DNA of 64,000 nt, from positions 11,519-75,518 of the forward strand of contig CAZSSY010000003.1 in assembly GCA_964609565.1 (NCBI GenBank), given 5' to 3'. The DNA is from an uncultured Natronomonas sp. GTDB lineage: Archaea; Halobacteriota; Halobacteria; Halobacteriales; Haloarculaceae. The notes beneath the pieces were generated by a model, which saw only the letters and a program-made list of their open reading frames with translations, was not told the origin of the DNA and made no database searches. Below are positions 8,688 through 19,503 of the stretch, one piece after another (the first letter of the stretch is position 1; every line of letters starts with the position of its first letter). The position numbers were made by a program, and so were the translations under genes.

Positions 8688-11002
8688 CAAAAATCACCGA
8701 GACTCGCCTGGTCATCCCCGTCATCCCCGGGTGTCTCTTGACCGGTGGACGAGACTGTCTCACGACCCGGTGACGAAACTTGATCCATCGACGGATTTTG
8801 GTGCCCTACCGCCTCCAAGATGTTTTCTGCGGTCTGTTCCCGCCCCCGAAGCGCTGACAACACGATCGATTTATCTGCCTCTCGCAACTCGGCTCTCGTC
8901 TCTATCCCGGCATCATACAGTCGACGCGCTCGTTTTCGACCAACACCACGGACCCCGGCCAAATCAATGAGTTCTTCTTCTACACCGTACTGGACTCGCT
9001 TGCGAGCCTCACGGATCGTGTGAACATTCTCGAACCCAAGTTCACTTGCCAGTGATTCAGCCGCCCCGAGCAGCCACTCCACAGTCTCAACCTTCCCCCG
9101 AATATCCCCCGGTCCCACACCGTACCGATTCGTGATTTCATCTTCATCAAGTTCACTCGCCCAATCCTCTAGCATCCGAGCGGTTTTCAATGCCGACAGC
9201 CAGTCGTCAAACCGTTCTTCTTCAAATTCAGTTGGCTGCTCACCACATAACTCCTCTTCATGTTCATACGCCAACATCGTGTATTGTTCCCGGTCGCCGG
9301 ATCGGAGATAGAGTTCGTACATATCAGGTGTCCGAGAAACAAGATGGTATAAGCCGAGGACAGATGGATTACCGTTGGACCGGAGCCCATCGATAATTTC
9401 GGCGGCACTCATTGGATCAAGATAGAGTCTGGAAACGGTGTGACCCAGATTCGTCGCCGTGAGCCGCCCGTCGTTCGACGCTGACATGGATCGATTTGAT
9501 TCATCAATATCTCCCTCAGAGTCCCTCTCATCGATGAAATCATGCCTCCCGAGATATTCCAGCGTGGAATCAACGACCCGTTCGAGATTATCGGAGCCAT
9601 CAGCACCAACCCGATATTGTGCGGCATAGAGAGTCTGATCGAGAAAGTCCAAAAGCGAGTCTCGCGAGTCAGCAAACCCCGATGCAATCGTCGCCAAGAG
9701 ATGGGTTCGCATTGAGGGTTCACGTGCCAATTTAGAGTCAATTGGCTCCGGATCAGTCCAGATATACCGGTCTAACAATTCATCTAATTCGTCGTGACTG
9801 TTCGCCAATAACAGTGCCTCGCCGTAGGGATCACGGCCAGGTCGCCCGGCCCGCCCCATCATCTGATGGATCTCAAGGACTGACAACGGTTGCATCCCAC
9901 CAACCTCACCGGAATACCGCCGCCAATCACGAACGACAACGCGGCGGGACGGTGTATTCACGCCAGCCGCCAAGGTCGGTGTTGCACACACCGTCTTTAC
10001 AAGTCGGTCACGAAATGCATCTTCGATGAGTGACCGATGCTCACTGGTACACCCGGCATGGTGGAACGCCGTCCCCCCCTCGACACACACAGCCAAATCT
10101 TCACTGGTTTCGGTATCGGACACATCCCGGATCTCCCCAGCAAGCTCGGCCAGTTGCCCGCGTTCCTCAGATGTGAGCCCGGAGTTCGTTGTGGCTGCCA
10201 ACCGTTTGGCCGCTCCTTCCGCGTTCCGCCGTGAATTAACGAAAACAAGTGTTGACCCCCCATCCTCAAGCGTATCTCTCACGATCGCTGCAGTCGGCTT
10301 TTCGTTGGATTCCACGCGGAGTTCTGATTGCGTCCCATCTTCGAAATGCACCGCCTGTCCATAGTGGACTCCCTTCCGGAGATCAATCGGTCGCCAGTCT
10401 GAATCAACTAGTGCTGCATCAAGCCACGTAGCCAATTCATCAGCATTCCCGATGGTGGCCGACAACGCGACAACTTGGAGCGCTGGATTTATGCGGCGTA
10501 GTTTCGCAAGCGTCACCTCCAACGTCGGCCCGCGATTCGGATCGTCGACGAGATGGATCTCGTCACTAATTATACAGTCAAGCTCGTCGATCCATGGCGC
10601 CCCATTCCGCACTAACGAATCAACTTTCTCACTGGTGGCGATAATAATATCGCGTGAAGCCAACCATTCACCTTGCTCCTCATAATTCCCCGTGGAAATC
10701 CCGATGTCAACGCCGTACTCTTCAAAGGCCGAAAACTCCTCGGACTTTTCACTTGCTAAGGCCCGTAACGGCACGATGTAGAGGGCTTTACCCCCTTGCT
10801 CAACAGCGGCAAGCATCGCCAACTCAGCAATGAGTGTTTTTCCACTCGCCGTCGGTATAGATGCAACCAGGCTTTCTCCCTGCGTGACACCCGCTTCGAT
10901 GGCCGACGCTTGGGGCGGATACAGCGATTCAATGCCCGTCTCGCGAAGATACTCAGGAAACCACGATGGCACCCCAGCGATATCGACGACATCCATTACC
11001 AT
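8687..11002 (-). CDS. hel308: Ski2-like SF2 DNA helicase Hel308/Hjm
   Basis: Q motif [42 protein letters not shown]-terminal Hh[12 protein letters not shown]. Confidence 0.96.
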   Translation of the reverse strand: MVMDVVDIAGVPSWFPEYLRETGIESLYPPQASAIEAGVTQGESLVASIPTASGKTLIAELAMLAAVEQGGKALYIVPLRALASEKSEEFSAFEEYGVDIGISTGNYEEQGEWLASRDIIIATSEKVDSLVRNGAPWIDELDCIISDEIHLVDDPNRGPTLEVTLAKLRRINPALQVVALSATIGNADELATWLDAALVDSDWRPIDLRKGVHYGQAVHFEDGTQSELRVESNEKPTAAIVRDTLEDGGSTLVFVNSRRNAEGAAKRLAATTNSGLTSEERGQLAELAGEIRDVSDTETSEDLAVCVEGGTAFHHAGCTSEHRSLIEDAFRDRLVKTVCATPTLAAGVNTPSRRVVVRDWRRYSGEVGGMQPLSVLEIHQMMGRAGRPGRDPYGEALLLANSHDELDELLDRYIWTDPEPIDSKLAREPSMRTHLLATIASGFADSRDSLLDFLDQTLYAAQYRVGADGSDNLERVVDSTLEYLGRHDFIDERDSEGDIDESNRSMSASNDGRLTATNLGHTVSRLYLDPMSAAEIIDGLRSNGNPSVLGLYHLVSRTPDMYELYLRSGDREQYTMLAYEHEEELCGEQPTEFEEERFDDWLSALKTARMLEDWASELDEDEITNRYGVGPGDIRGKVETVEWLLGAAESLASELGFENVHTIREARKRVQYGVEEELIDLAGVRGVGRKRARRLYDAGIETRAELREADKSIVLSALRGREQTAENILEAVGHQNPSMDQVSSPGRETVSSTGQETPGDDGDDQASLGDF

Positions 11003-11186
11003 CGGTTAACGCGTCATCAGGTTTAATCTTGCAGGCTCAGTCCCAATCCTCAAAGACGAATGCTGGACGCAGTTAGGATAGGTATTGACCCATGAATACC
11101 GCTGCATTCGTCGGAGACTCGTCGGGTGGGAGCGGTGTAGCTGCGGGGTCGTCACGTCTATACGCCAGACTCTGTAAGTTAATGCC

Positions 11187-11429
11187 ATGAAGATTCGGTA
11201 CGATCGAGATACCTGTATCGGGATGTTCCAGTGTGTCGCGGAGTGGGAGGCATTCCAAAAAGACGAGGACGCCGGGAAAGCCATTCTCGAGGACAGTACG
11301 GAAGTTGAGCCCGATATCTTCGAACGGGACGTCCCATCGCAGTCAGAACTGGATGCCAAATTTGCGGCACGAGCCTGCCCGGTCGATGCCATCGAAGTAT
11401 ACGATGCCGACGGCAACAAGCTCGTCTAG
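11187..11429 (+). CDS. Small ferredoxin
   Basis: CIGMFQC ... ACPVDAI cluster-binding motifs in an 80-aa acidic protein. Confidence 0.9.
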   Translation: MKIRYDRDTCIGMFQCVAEWEAFQKDEDAGKAILEDSTEVEPDIFERDVPSQSELDAKFAARACPVDAIEVYDADGNKLV

Positions 11430-11687
11430 ACAATCTCATCGCAATATCCTTGGCATCGTCTTCAGAGAGATCCTCTTGTATTGATTCACCTTGACACAAG
11501 CTTGAGGACCCGTGGCTAGATAGCGCCCGTTGCCCTGTTCCCGTGGTGGTCGCTTATGGTGTGACATGAATCTTCCCTGATGACGAACGGATACTCAGAA
11601 TGCACAGGAATGACCGCAGGAGGATACTTGATTCCAGATGATGCGTAGCCAAGCGCAATGCATCTACGAGGTGTTATCTGTAATTAG

Positions 11688-12060
11688 CTTGTGCGGTGCA
11701 GGGCGCGAAGCCCCCTCTCAGCGAGCGCCGGCGTGACCCGGGCGGGGTTACAGCGCCCGGTATCGTGTCCACCTCCACTGTACGGCACGGCCGTCCGACC
11801 TCGGCAGTCCACCGGGGGAGTCCGAGACTCGCCACACGTCCGTCGTCGTTCACACGCGACACGAAGCGTGCACCGGCGGTTGTGGCCGAGTGTCGAACCA
11901 GGGAGGTGGGGGACACACCGACCCACCCAACGAGGGACAACGTCTTCGGAGTCTGGAACCGCTGTGGGGACAATCTCTGCACGGTCCGACGCCGAAGCAG
12001 GAAGATCCGACCGCAAGGACCGAGGCGCGAAGCGCCGAGGGAGTAGATCGGGGGGTTCAG
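11688..12060 (+). mobile_element. Non-autonomous IS200/IS605-family element (PATE/MITE-like) without transposase or tnpB
   Basis: Left-end hairpin GGGCGC(11701-06)/GCGCCC(11753-58) enclosing AGCCCC/GGGGTT. Right end GAAGCAGGAAG..CAAGGA..GGCGC-GAA-GCGCC..GAGTAG..GGGGTTCA resembles haloarchaeal IS1341/tnpB 3' ends. No terminal inverted repeats or target-site duplication; TTAG immediately upstream; more GC-rich than the left flank. Confidence 0.72.
11761..12060 (+). ncRNA. Putative structured RNA (TnpB omega-RNA/sotRNA-like scaffold) within the element
   Basis: Nested complementary pairs: GTGTCCACCTCC(11765-76)/GGAGGT..GGACAC(11902-16), CGACCTCGGC(11796-805)/GCCGAGTGTCG(11885-95), GAGTC-CGA-GACTC, CTTCGG(11944-49)/CCGAAG(11992-97), ACCG/CGGT. 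Confidence 0.5.
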
Positions 12061-12971
12061 CTAATCTTGCTGTATTGCTCTGTGAGTTTGTCGGCGGCAT
12101 CGTCCATCAGGGTTTGTTCGTACTCATCGAGTTCCCATTCGACGACTTCTTCCACCCCGTTCGATCCGAGTTTTACGGGTACTCCGAACGCGGTGTCCTC
12201 GTATCCGTATTCGCCGTTGAGGACGAGTGAGCCGGGGAGGACTTCGCCGGTGTCTCGGAGCACTGCCTCTACCATGTGTGCGACGCCTGTTGCGGGTCCC
12301 CATTGGGTTGCGCCTTTCCGTTCGATGACATCCATTGCGGATGCTTGGAGTGATTCAAGAATCGCTTCTTTTTCGGGATCGTCAATCTCGGGATCTGTGC
12401 CATCGACGCGGACTTTTGAGAACACGGGGACTTGGGCGTCGCCGTGTTCACCGAGGATGGTGGCTTCGACGTTCTTGACGGGTACATCATAGCGGTCAGA
12501 GAGGACATAGCGGAACCGGGCTGAATCGAGGCGGCCTCCGAATCCAATGACGTTTGTTCGGTCGCGGTCGGCGACTTCGTAGAGATGTCGGTTGAGGAGG
12601 TCAACGGGGTTTGAGGTGGTGATGGAGATATAATCGTCGTTGTATTCGGCGAGGGATGCGTTGATGTCCTCCATGATCGGGGCGTTGTCTTCGGCGAGAT
12701 CAAGCCGTGTCTGTCCGGGTTTTCGGGGGATGCCGGCGGTGATGATGACGACATCTGACCCGGCTGTATCTTCGTATTCGCCTTGGCGGACGGTCGTATT
12801 GGAGTCGTAGGCAATACCATGATTTGTATCGGCTGCTTGACCAATCGTGGTCTCTCGTTGGTCTGGGATATCAACGAATACCAGATCATCAGCAATATCG
12901 CGGAGTGCAAGATTGTACCCCGCTGCCGCGCCGACCGTTCCCGCAGCGCCAATGACGCTCACTTTAACCAT
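12057..12971 (-). CDS. mdh: Malate dehydrogenase (LDH-like)
   Basis: [45 protein letters not shown]. Confidence 0.97.
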   Translation of the reverse strand: MVKVSVIGAAGTVGAAAGYNLALRDIADDLVFVDIPDQRETTIGQAADTNHGIAYDSNTTVRQGEYEDTAGSDVVIITAGIPRKPGQTRLDLAEDNAPIMEDINASLAEYNDDYISITTSNPVDLLNRHLYEVADRDRTNVIGFGGRLDSARFRYVLSDRYDVPVKNVEATILGEHGDAQVPVFSKVRVDGTDPEIDDPEKEAILESLQASAMDVIERKGATQWGPATGVAHMVEAVLRDTGEVLPGSLVLNGEYGYEDTAFGVPVKLGSNGVEEVVEWELDEYEQTLMDDAADKLTEQYSKIS

Positions 12972-13073
12972 AAGTGTTCAATAAAGGTCATGGGAGCCGA
13001 TTAACTCTTGTCTTTCCTTATGACAACCTGGATTCGGAGCGTGCGCCTCAAGTGTCCCGGCCCCTAGGGTCGA

Positions 13074-15128
13074 ATGATGACTGATACCGGGCCGTTACAG
13101 CCTGATCAACCCAATCTTGATCGACCGTTCGTGGTTGATGCACCGTTTGAGCCCGCTGGAGACCAACCAGACGCTATCCGCAAAGTTGTTGAGGGCTATC
13201 AGGATGGCGCGACAAAGCAAACGCTCCTTGGGGTCACTGGATCGGGGAAGACCAATACGGTCTCGTGGGTCATCGAAGAACTCCAACAACCGACGCTTAT
13301 CCTGGCCCATAACAAAACCCTTGCCGCGCAATTATATGAGGAGTTTCGAACCCTCTTCCCGGAGAATGCAGTCGAGTATTTTGTTTCCTACTATGATTAT
13401 TATCAGCCTGAAGCATATGTCGAACAAACGGACACGTACATCGATAAGGATATGTCGATTAACGAGGAAATCGATCGGCTACGTCATTCCACAACGCGGT
13501 CACTCCTCACGCGCGATGACGTCATCGTGGTTGCATCGGTCTCCGCTATTTACGGGCTGGGCGATCCGACAAATTACGAAGGGATGGCGCTCCGCATCGA
13601 ACACGGCCAACGTCTCGACCGTAGTGAGCTTCTGACACAACTCGTCGATTTGAACTATGAACGGAATGATATCGATTTCCAGCAAGGGACATTTCGGGTC
13701 CGTGGTGACACCGTCGAAGTGTATCCAATGTATGGTCGGCACGCAGTTCGCATTGAATTCTGGGGTGATGAGGTCGACCGACTCATGAAAGTCGATGTCG
13801 TTGATGGCGAGGTGGTTTCTGAAGAACCCGCCGTGCTCGTTCATCCAGCCGAACACTACTCGATCCCCGAGTCGCAACTCCAGGAGGCAATCGAGGAAAT
13901 CGAAGCCCTGATGCACGAACGTATCAACTACTTCGAGCGGCAAGGTGATTTCGTGGCTGCCCAACGCATCGAGGAACGAACGACATTCGATATTGAGATG
14001 CTCCGAGAAACCGGGTACTGTTCCGGTATCGAAAATTATTCCGTCCACCTCTCATCACGTGAATCAGGCGACCCACCGTCCACCCTTTTGGATTACTTTC
14101 CAGATGATTTCTGCACGGTGGTAGATGAATCACACGTCACCATTCCCCAGATCAAAGGCCAATATATGGGTGATAAATCCCGGAAAGACTCACTCGTCGA
14201 GAACGGGTTTCGGCTCCCCACAGCATACGACAATCGGCCACTCACTTTCGAAGAATTCGAGGCAAAAACCGACCGGACACTCTACGTGTCCGCAACTCCT
14301 GGGGAATACGAACAAGAGCACTCTGCACACGTAGTCGAACAGATCGTTCGCCCGACCCACTTAGTCGATCCAGCGATCGAAGTCGCTGCTGCTGACGGCC
14401 AAATTGAGGATCTTCTTGATCGAATCAAGAACACCCCGGAAGACGAACGTGTCTTGGTCACAACCCTCACCAAGCGGATGGCTGAAGACCTCACGGAGTA
14501 CCTCGATAATGCTGGTGTCGATGTGGCGTATATGCACGATGAAACCGATACGCTCGAACGACACGAACTTATCCGCTCCCTCCGCCTCGGCGAAATCCAA
14601 GTGCTCGTTGGAATCAACCTCCTCCGTGAGGGGCTAGACATTCCGGAGGTCAGCCTCGTTGCAATTCTTGATGCTGACCAAGAAGGATTTCTCCGATCAG
14701 AAACGACGCTCGTCCAGACCATGGGTCGGGCTGCTCGAAACATCAACGGTCGTGTCGTGCTGTACGCCGATGAATCGACACAGGCCATGGAGTCGGCTAT
14801 CGAAGAAACCCGGCGCCGCCGCCAAATCCAGAAAGCGTTCAACGAAGAACATGGGCATGAACCTCGGACGATTCAGAAAGCAGTCGGTGAGACGAATCTC
14901 CCTGGCTCGAAAACCGAGACCGACGGTGTGGCCAATCTGGACGTTGATTCAGTTGATGAAGCCCGGGAGCTGATCGAACGCCTCGAACGGCGTATGGATG
15001 AAGCGGCTGGAAACCTTGAGTTTGAACTTGCGGCTGATATCCGTGACCGAATCCGTGACCTCCAAGACACGTTTGATGCCCTTGAGGATCCTGCCGATGC
15101 CGTGCCCACACCAGATGATGAGTTTTAA
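13074..15128 (+). CDS. uvrB: Excinuclease ABC subunit B
   Basis: [36 protein letters not shown]-terminal UVR domain [11 protein letters not shown]. Confidence 0.98.
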   Translation: MMTDTGPLQPDQPNLDRPFVVDAPFEPAGDQPDAIRKVVEGYQDGATKQTLLGVTGSGKTNTVSWVIEELQQPTLILAHNKTLAAQLYEEFRTLFPENAVEYFVSYYDYYQPEAYVEQTDTYIDKDMSINEEIDRLRHSTTRSLLTRDDVIVVASVSAIYGLGDPTNYEGMALRIEHGQRLDRSELLTQLVDLNYERNDIDFQQGTFRVRGDTVEVYPMYGRHAVRIEFWGDEVDRLMKVDVVDGEVVSEEPAVLVHPAEHYSIPESQLQEAIEEIEALMHERINYFERQGDFVAAQRIEERTTFDIEMLRETGYCSGIENYSVHLSSRESGDPPSTLLDYFPDDFCTVVDESHVTIPQIKGQYMGDKSRKDSLVENGFRLPTAYDNRPLTFEEFEAKTDRTLYVSATPGEYEQEHSAHVVEQIVRPTHLVDPAIEVAAADGQIEDLLDRIKNTPEDERVLVTTLTKRMAEDLTEYLDNAGVDVAYMHDETDTLERHELIRSLRLGEIQVLVGINLLREGLDIPEVSLVAILDADQEGFLRSETTLVQTMGRAARNINGRVVLYADESTQAMESAIEETRRRRQIQKAFNEEHGHEPRTIQKAVGETNLPGSKTETDGVANLDVDSVDEARELIERLERRMDEAAGNLEFELAADIRDRIRDLQDTFDALEDPADAVPTPDDEF

Positions 15129-15142
15129 CATGAGACCGACCA

Positions 15143-15925
15143 ATGGCGGCGTCCGCCACAAGGGTCTCGCCAGATAGGAACGTTCCTATGTACACGATGG
15201 CCGTCAGAGGCTACGTCCGTTCACCGCCGGCGGTTGCTCTCACGGTGCTGGCGGCGTTCACGATTGGCGGTATTTTGACAGTCGGGTGGTGGGCAGTGAC
15301 GGCTGTGCAGTCTTCATCTCTCGTCAACAATCCATATGTCCTCGGTGGGTTTGGGCAACTTACTGCCGTTCTACTTGCTTTTCTCTTCGTGGGCATCGCC
15401 ATCCTCATGTGGATTCCATTCGGGGCCGGTATCTCGTATGCCGTGGGGCGGACTCTTCGCGGTAATCCGCCGTCGCTGTCGAGAACAATCGGCGGTGTTC
15501 TCGCCAAAGTTGCGCCGTTGGCGCGGTGGACAAAAACCCGATTTGCGGTCGGGCCATTCGCCGAGTACATTCTGGGTCCAGACGATATTGCACAGAATGA
15601 GGTTGCTGTCGGGTGTGAGAAGTTTGTTATTCCGGCTCTCCTCTTAGACGCGGCGACACCGGCGGTGGCTGCCGATCATGCTAACTACGTCACTCCCCCG
15701 CCAGGTCGAGAGCGGTTACAATTCATGGGTTTCGGCGCAACCGGTCTGGTGTCCGGCGTGCTGTTTGTGGGCGGGTTTCTAGGTACTGACACTGTGGCTT
15801 CCCTCGTGGTGCCGCTTGCCGCCAGTTTCCTTGTCATTGGGATCGTCCTTACCGCCGCGATTGATACCGCGTGGCGTACTACAGTCTACATCGACCAGAT
15901 GACGGCCGAAGAGGCCTCGATATAA
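15143..15925 (+). CDS. Hypothetical multi-pass membrane protein
   Basis: About 4 hydrophobic segments, directly downstream of uvrB; start uncertain (15143, 15188 or 15197). Confidence 0.65.
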   Translation: MAASATRVSPDRNVPMYTMAVRGYVRSPPAVALTVLAAFTIGGILTVGWWAVTAVQSSSLVNNPYVLGGFGQLTAVLLAFLFVGIAILMWIPFGAGISYAVGRTLRGNPPSLSRTIGGVLAKVAPLARWTKTRFAVGPFAEYILGPDDIAQNEVAVGCEKFVIPALLLDAATPAVAADHANYVTPPPGRERLQFMGFGATGLVSGVLFVGGFLGTDTVASLVVPLAASFLVIGIVLTAAIDTAWRTTVYIDQMTAEEASI

Positions 15926-16144
15926 CGGCCGTGCTCTCCCTCCACTGTGGAATCCATATAGAGTGGAATATAAGATAATTGATATAGCTCGGTTGGTGCG
16001 GTTCAGAACGGGAACGGACTGGGATGCTACCGGAATCAACCGGGACTGGTGGTTCTGCTTGCCTCATAGATCGTCTTCCACTCGGGGGACTCCCAAACCA
16101 TGTCTTCTCGTTGCCTGGAGCGGAGTTCAGAGTAGTTTTTCTCG

Positions 16145-17455
16145 TCACAGCGATTTAATGAATGCGTTGAAGATGCCACTGTCTGCATGAAAATGCGTAT
16201 ACGTGCCAACTGTCTGATACTCGATGAGGCCATCGTGACCATCGCCGAGACCATCCCCTCGAGTGACATCAAACACACATGTTGCGTCGGATGCAAGATG
16301 TGGCTGCGAGTAATGGAATTCATGTCCATGGACCATATCGCCGACATCGGCGATAACGGACGGTTCGCAGGCGCGAAGTTGCACGTGGTCAAGCGCTTGG
16401 TACTGATCACGCATCATGGTTTCAACGGGAAGAATTCCTGCCATGGAGTAGGTGTCACAGTCGACCGTGGTTAACGACTCCCCAAGCGCCATCAATCCCC
16501 CGCACTCGCCGATGATTGGAAGCCCGTCGGCCGCTCTATCAGCAATTGTTTCCAGCGTACCGCCGGACTCGAGGTCCTGGGCGAATCGTTCGGGGTACCC
16601 GCCCGGGAAATACACTCCATCACACGGTGGGACTGGATCACCACCAACAGGCGAGAATGTCACGACGTTCGCCTGCTCACAGAGTACTTCCCGGGTAGCT
16701 GGATACAGGAAACAAAAGGCATCGTCCTCAGCGATTGCGACAGTCGTATCAGATCGGTCGTGACGTAGTGGTGTCGGGTGGGCGTTCTGGCTCGGTTTGG
16801 GCGGTGACCGGGCTTCAGTAACTAACGGAGTGATATTGATGTGTTTTGCTGCTTCGTCCAGTGCCCCAGTGTCAATCGGTGCTTCATCGCCGCTGTAGAG
16901 TCCGAGGTGGCGGCTTGAGATATCGAGACCGGGCCGTGTCGGGATACGGCCATAATAAGCGAGTCCGTCTGGGAGGGCGTCCCGGATACCGGCGGCGTGT
17001 TCGTCGCTGTCAACATGTTGGGCGATAATACCGACAACATCGATGTCGCGGCCAGCGTTGCTGGCATAATCGCGGAATCCGAGCGCTTCAGCGGCGACAC
17101 TCTCCATACTGGCTTTTCCATTAACCACCACGATAACAGGAATATCCAGCGTCTCGGCAACCGCTGCAGTCGAATGAGTTCCGTCATAGAGTCCCATCAT
17201 CCCTTCCACGACACACAAATCGCCGGTTCCCTGCCAATAGTTCCGCAGACAGCCATCCTCACCAGAAAGCCACGGGTCAAGCGTTCTCGACGGCTGCTCA
17301 CACACAACAGCATGATGGCTTGGATCGAGATAATCCGGGCCGGCTTTCGCCGGTTGCGGCGTATACCCCGCCGCTTTGAGTGCCTGGAGTACGACGAGTG
17401 TTGCAACCGTTTTCCCCACTTTCGACGCCGTACCAGCGATAACAACCCCATTCAT
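16145..17455 (-). CDS. cbiA: Cobyrinate a,c-diamide synthase
   Basis: GTASKVGKT, KAGPDYLDPSHH, EGMMGLYDG, SRHLGL, GATase motifs GGYPE, ECGG, GHEFHYS. Confidence 0.93.
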   Translation of the reverse strand: MNGVVIAGTASKVGKTVATLVVLQALKAAGYTPQPAKAGPDYLDPSHHAVVCEQPSRTLDPWLSGEDGCLRNYWQGTGDLCVVEGMMGLYDGTHSTAAVAETLDIPVIVVVNGKASMESVAAEALGFRDYASNAGRDIDVVGIIAQHVDSDEHAAGIRDALPDGLAYYGRIPTRPGLDISSRHLGLYSGDEAPIDTGALDEAAKHINITPLVTEARSPPKPSQNAHPTPLRHDRSDTTVAIAEDDAFCFLYPATREVLCEQANVVTFSPVGGDPVPPCDGVYFPGGYPERFAQDLESGGTLETIADRAADGLPIIGECGGLMALGESLTTVDCDTYSMAGILPVETMMRDQYQALDHVQLRACEPSVIADVGDMVHGHEFHYSQPHLASDATCVFDVTRGDGLGDGHDGLIEYQTVGTYTHFHADSGIFNAFIKSL

Positions 17456-17814
17456 TGTACGAGGGCACTCTTTGGTCGTATCATACGATATCAACCACCT
17501 GAGCGTGATGTCGTCTAGTCGGCTTGGACGCAGTGGTGGTCATCCACTAATTGGTGGCTTCGATGGTGTGGATGGTAAGGTTGACTGATTAAGCTTTATC
17601 TTCGTTGTGTGATCATTGCAGCGACCCACGAAATCTGGCCAGAGATGGCTGCATCCAGGTGTCCAGCAATAGGATTCAAAGCTTGCAGATAGCCTCAGTG
17701 GTTTTGCGCGAGAATTGGCCTACTTACTAGAGTTTCAAAGTCTTTCATGTGAAATTGTCGCACGGATTTAGGTAAGCTGAAAGTACTGAAGTCCTGTTCG
17801 ATGGATTCAGATGT

Positions 17815-19308
17815 ATGGCCAAAACGATCGTTGTTGGTCTTGATGGAGCGTCGTTCGATCTCTTAAAGCCCTGGGTCGAAGCCGGTGACCTACCAGCACT
17901 CAAGCAGATTTTTGAGACGGGGGTAACGGGCGATTTGCGATGTGTCCCACCACCGGTTACTTCTCCAAACTGGAAGGCGTATGCCACCGGCAAAAATCCG
18001 GGGAAACTGGGGATATTCTGGTGGCATAATGTGGATGTAGAGAATCAACGGGTCTATCGGCCAGTTGACCGGTACCACGACCACACTGAATATTGGGACA
18101 TCATCGCTGACCACGACGAAGTAGGGGTGATCGGCGTCCCGACGACATATCCCCCGCAGTCGATTGATGGAGTGGTTGTTGCAGGGGCTCCAGACGCGGA
18201 AGACTCCGGATACACGCATCCACCATCGCTGGAAGCTGAACTGGAATCCAAGTTCAATTATCGACCGACGAAGAACGGTCTCATTGGCGATGGGAATTCT
18301 GATGCCTGTGAAGAAGTTCTTGAATTAATCGACACCCGGTTTGAAACGGCACAGTATCTCTTGGATGAGCGATCCCTGTCGTTTCTCCAGGTTACGACAT
18401 TTTACATCAATGCACTGCATCACAATCTCTGGGATCATGAATACACCATGCGTGGGTGGGAGATCATCGACGATCACCTCGCCTCTTTCTTGGAAGACGA
18501 CTGTAATCTCGTGTTGATGAGTGACCATGGCCACACCGAGATTGAAACGGTCTTCAATATCAACGCGTGGCTTGAACAGGAAGGCTATCTGGAATATGAA
18601 ACCTCCGTGACGGACACACTCTATAATCTGGGTATCAATGCCGACCGCCTCAAACGATTCCTTGTCGGTGTTGACAGCCATATTCCAGCAGCCGAAGTCC
18701 GAACAATGGTTGAGGATGCCACACCACAGTGGGTGATCAATCGACTCCCTGACGAAGATGGGGAACTTGGCGGGAGTAAACATGAGATCGCTGACTGGGA
18801 AGCGAGTGATGCCATTGCCAGTGCTCAAGGCCCCGTGTATCTTACGTGTGGCCGGAATCATCCGCATTATGACGACATCCGATCGGAACTCATCACGAAA
18901 CTCTCAACGTTAACTGACCACCATGGTTGGCCGATCGCGAATGGCGTATATCGCGCAGACGAGGTATACAACGGCCCATATCTGTCGGAGGCTCCCGATA
19001 TCATCATCGATAAAGCTCCACACGTCAATGTCCGGGAAGGCTTCGGAGCCGCCGACGTGTTCCAAGATAGCGATTCAAAATGGGAAGGCGTGAACCATCG
19101 TGACGGCATATTCGCGGCGACAGGCCCCGCATTCACCGATGGGACAATTGAAAACCTCTCCATCTTGGATCTCGCCCCGACGCTCCTCCATCTCCACAAT
19201 TGCACCGTTCCCTCTGATATGGATGGCACAGTCCGTCATGAAGTGTTTGCCGATGAGGCACCATCCATTCCCACTCAGTCTCCGGCACCGGCAGAGGGAG
19301 AAAAGTAA
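17815..19308 (+). CDS. Alkaline phosphatase superfamily protein (nucleotide pyrophosphatase/phosphodiesterase type)
   Basis: VVGLDGA, PPVTSPNW..ATGKNPGKLG, MSDHG, NH..GIF, ILDLAPTLL..DMDG. Confidence 0.9.
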   Translation: MAKTIVVGLDGASFDLLKPWVEAGDLPALKQIFETGVTGDLRCVPPPVTSPNWKAYATGKNPGKLGIFWWHNVDVENQRVYRPVDRYHDHTEYWDIIADHDEVGVIGVPTTYPPQSIDGVVVAGAPDAEDSGYTHPPSLEAELESKFNYRPTKNGLIGDGNSDACEEVLELIDTRFETAQYLLDERSLSFLQVTTFYINALHHNLWDHEYTMRGWEIIDDHLASFLEDDCNLVLMSDHGHTEIETVFNINAWLEQEGYLEYETSVTDTLYNLGINADRLKRFLVGVDSHIPAAEVRTMVEDATPQWVINRLPDEDGELGGSKHEIADWEASDAIASAQGPVYLTCGRNHPHYDDIRSELITKLSTLTDHHGWPIANGVYRADEVYNGPYLSEAPDIIIDKAPHVNVREGFGAADVFQDSDSKWEGVNHRDGIFAATGPAFTDGTIENLSILDLAPTLLHLHNCTVPSDMDGTVRHEVFADEAPSIPTQSPAPAEGEK

Positions 19309-19503
19309 CAATATCCACTCGACTCGTTCTATAGAATCTCTCTGCTACACGCTCCCGCGTCCAGCCGTGATGGTGCCAGACAACTCCGGGTACAGCATTC
19401 GATGCCTGTCACTCGCGATGACGGGTTTGAGCTGTGGTGGCTGTGAGACCTCAATCAACTGATTGTGGACTTGTGGAGGGATTGGGATCGATAGCGAGGT
19501 TGA

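Noticed and set aside
11700-12060. Possible RNase P or SRP RNA
   Set aside because: No GAGGAAAGTCC/AACAGAA P4 signature and no SRP helix-8 context; the ends match IS200/IS605-type hairpins instead.
11674-12230. Several overlapping ORFs (102-179 aa) across the GC-rich element
   Set aside because: Arg/Pro/Gly-rich, non-acidic and without motifs; these are artefacts of GC-rich structured DNA.
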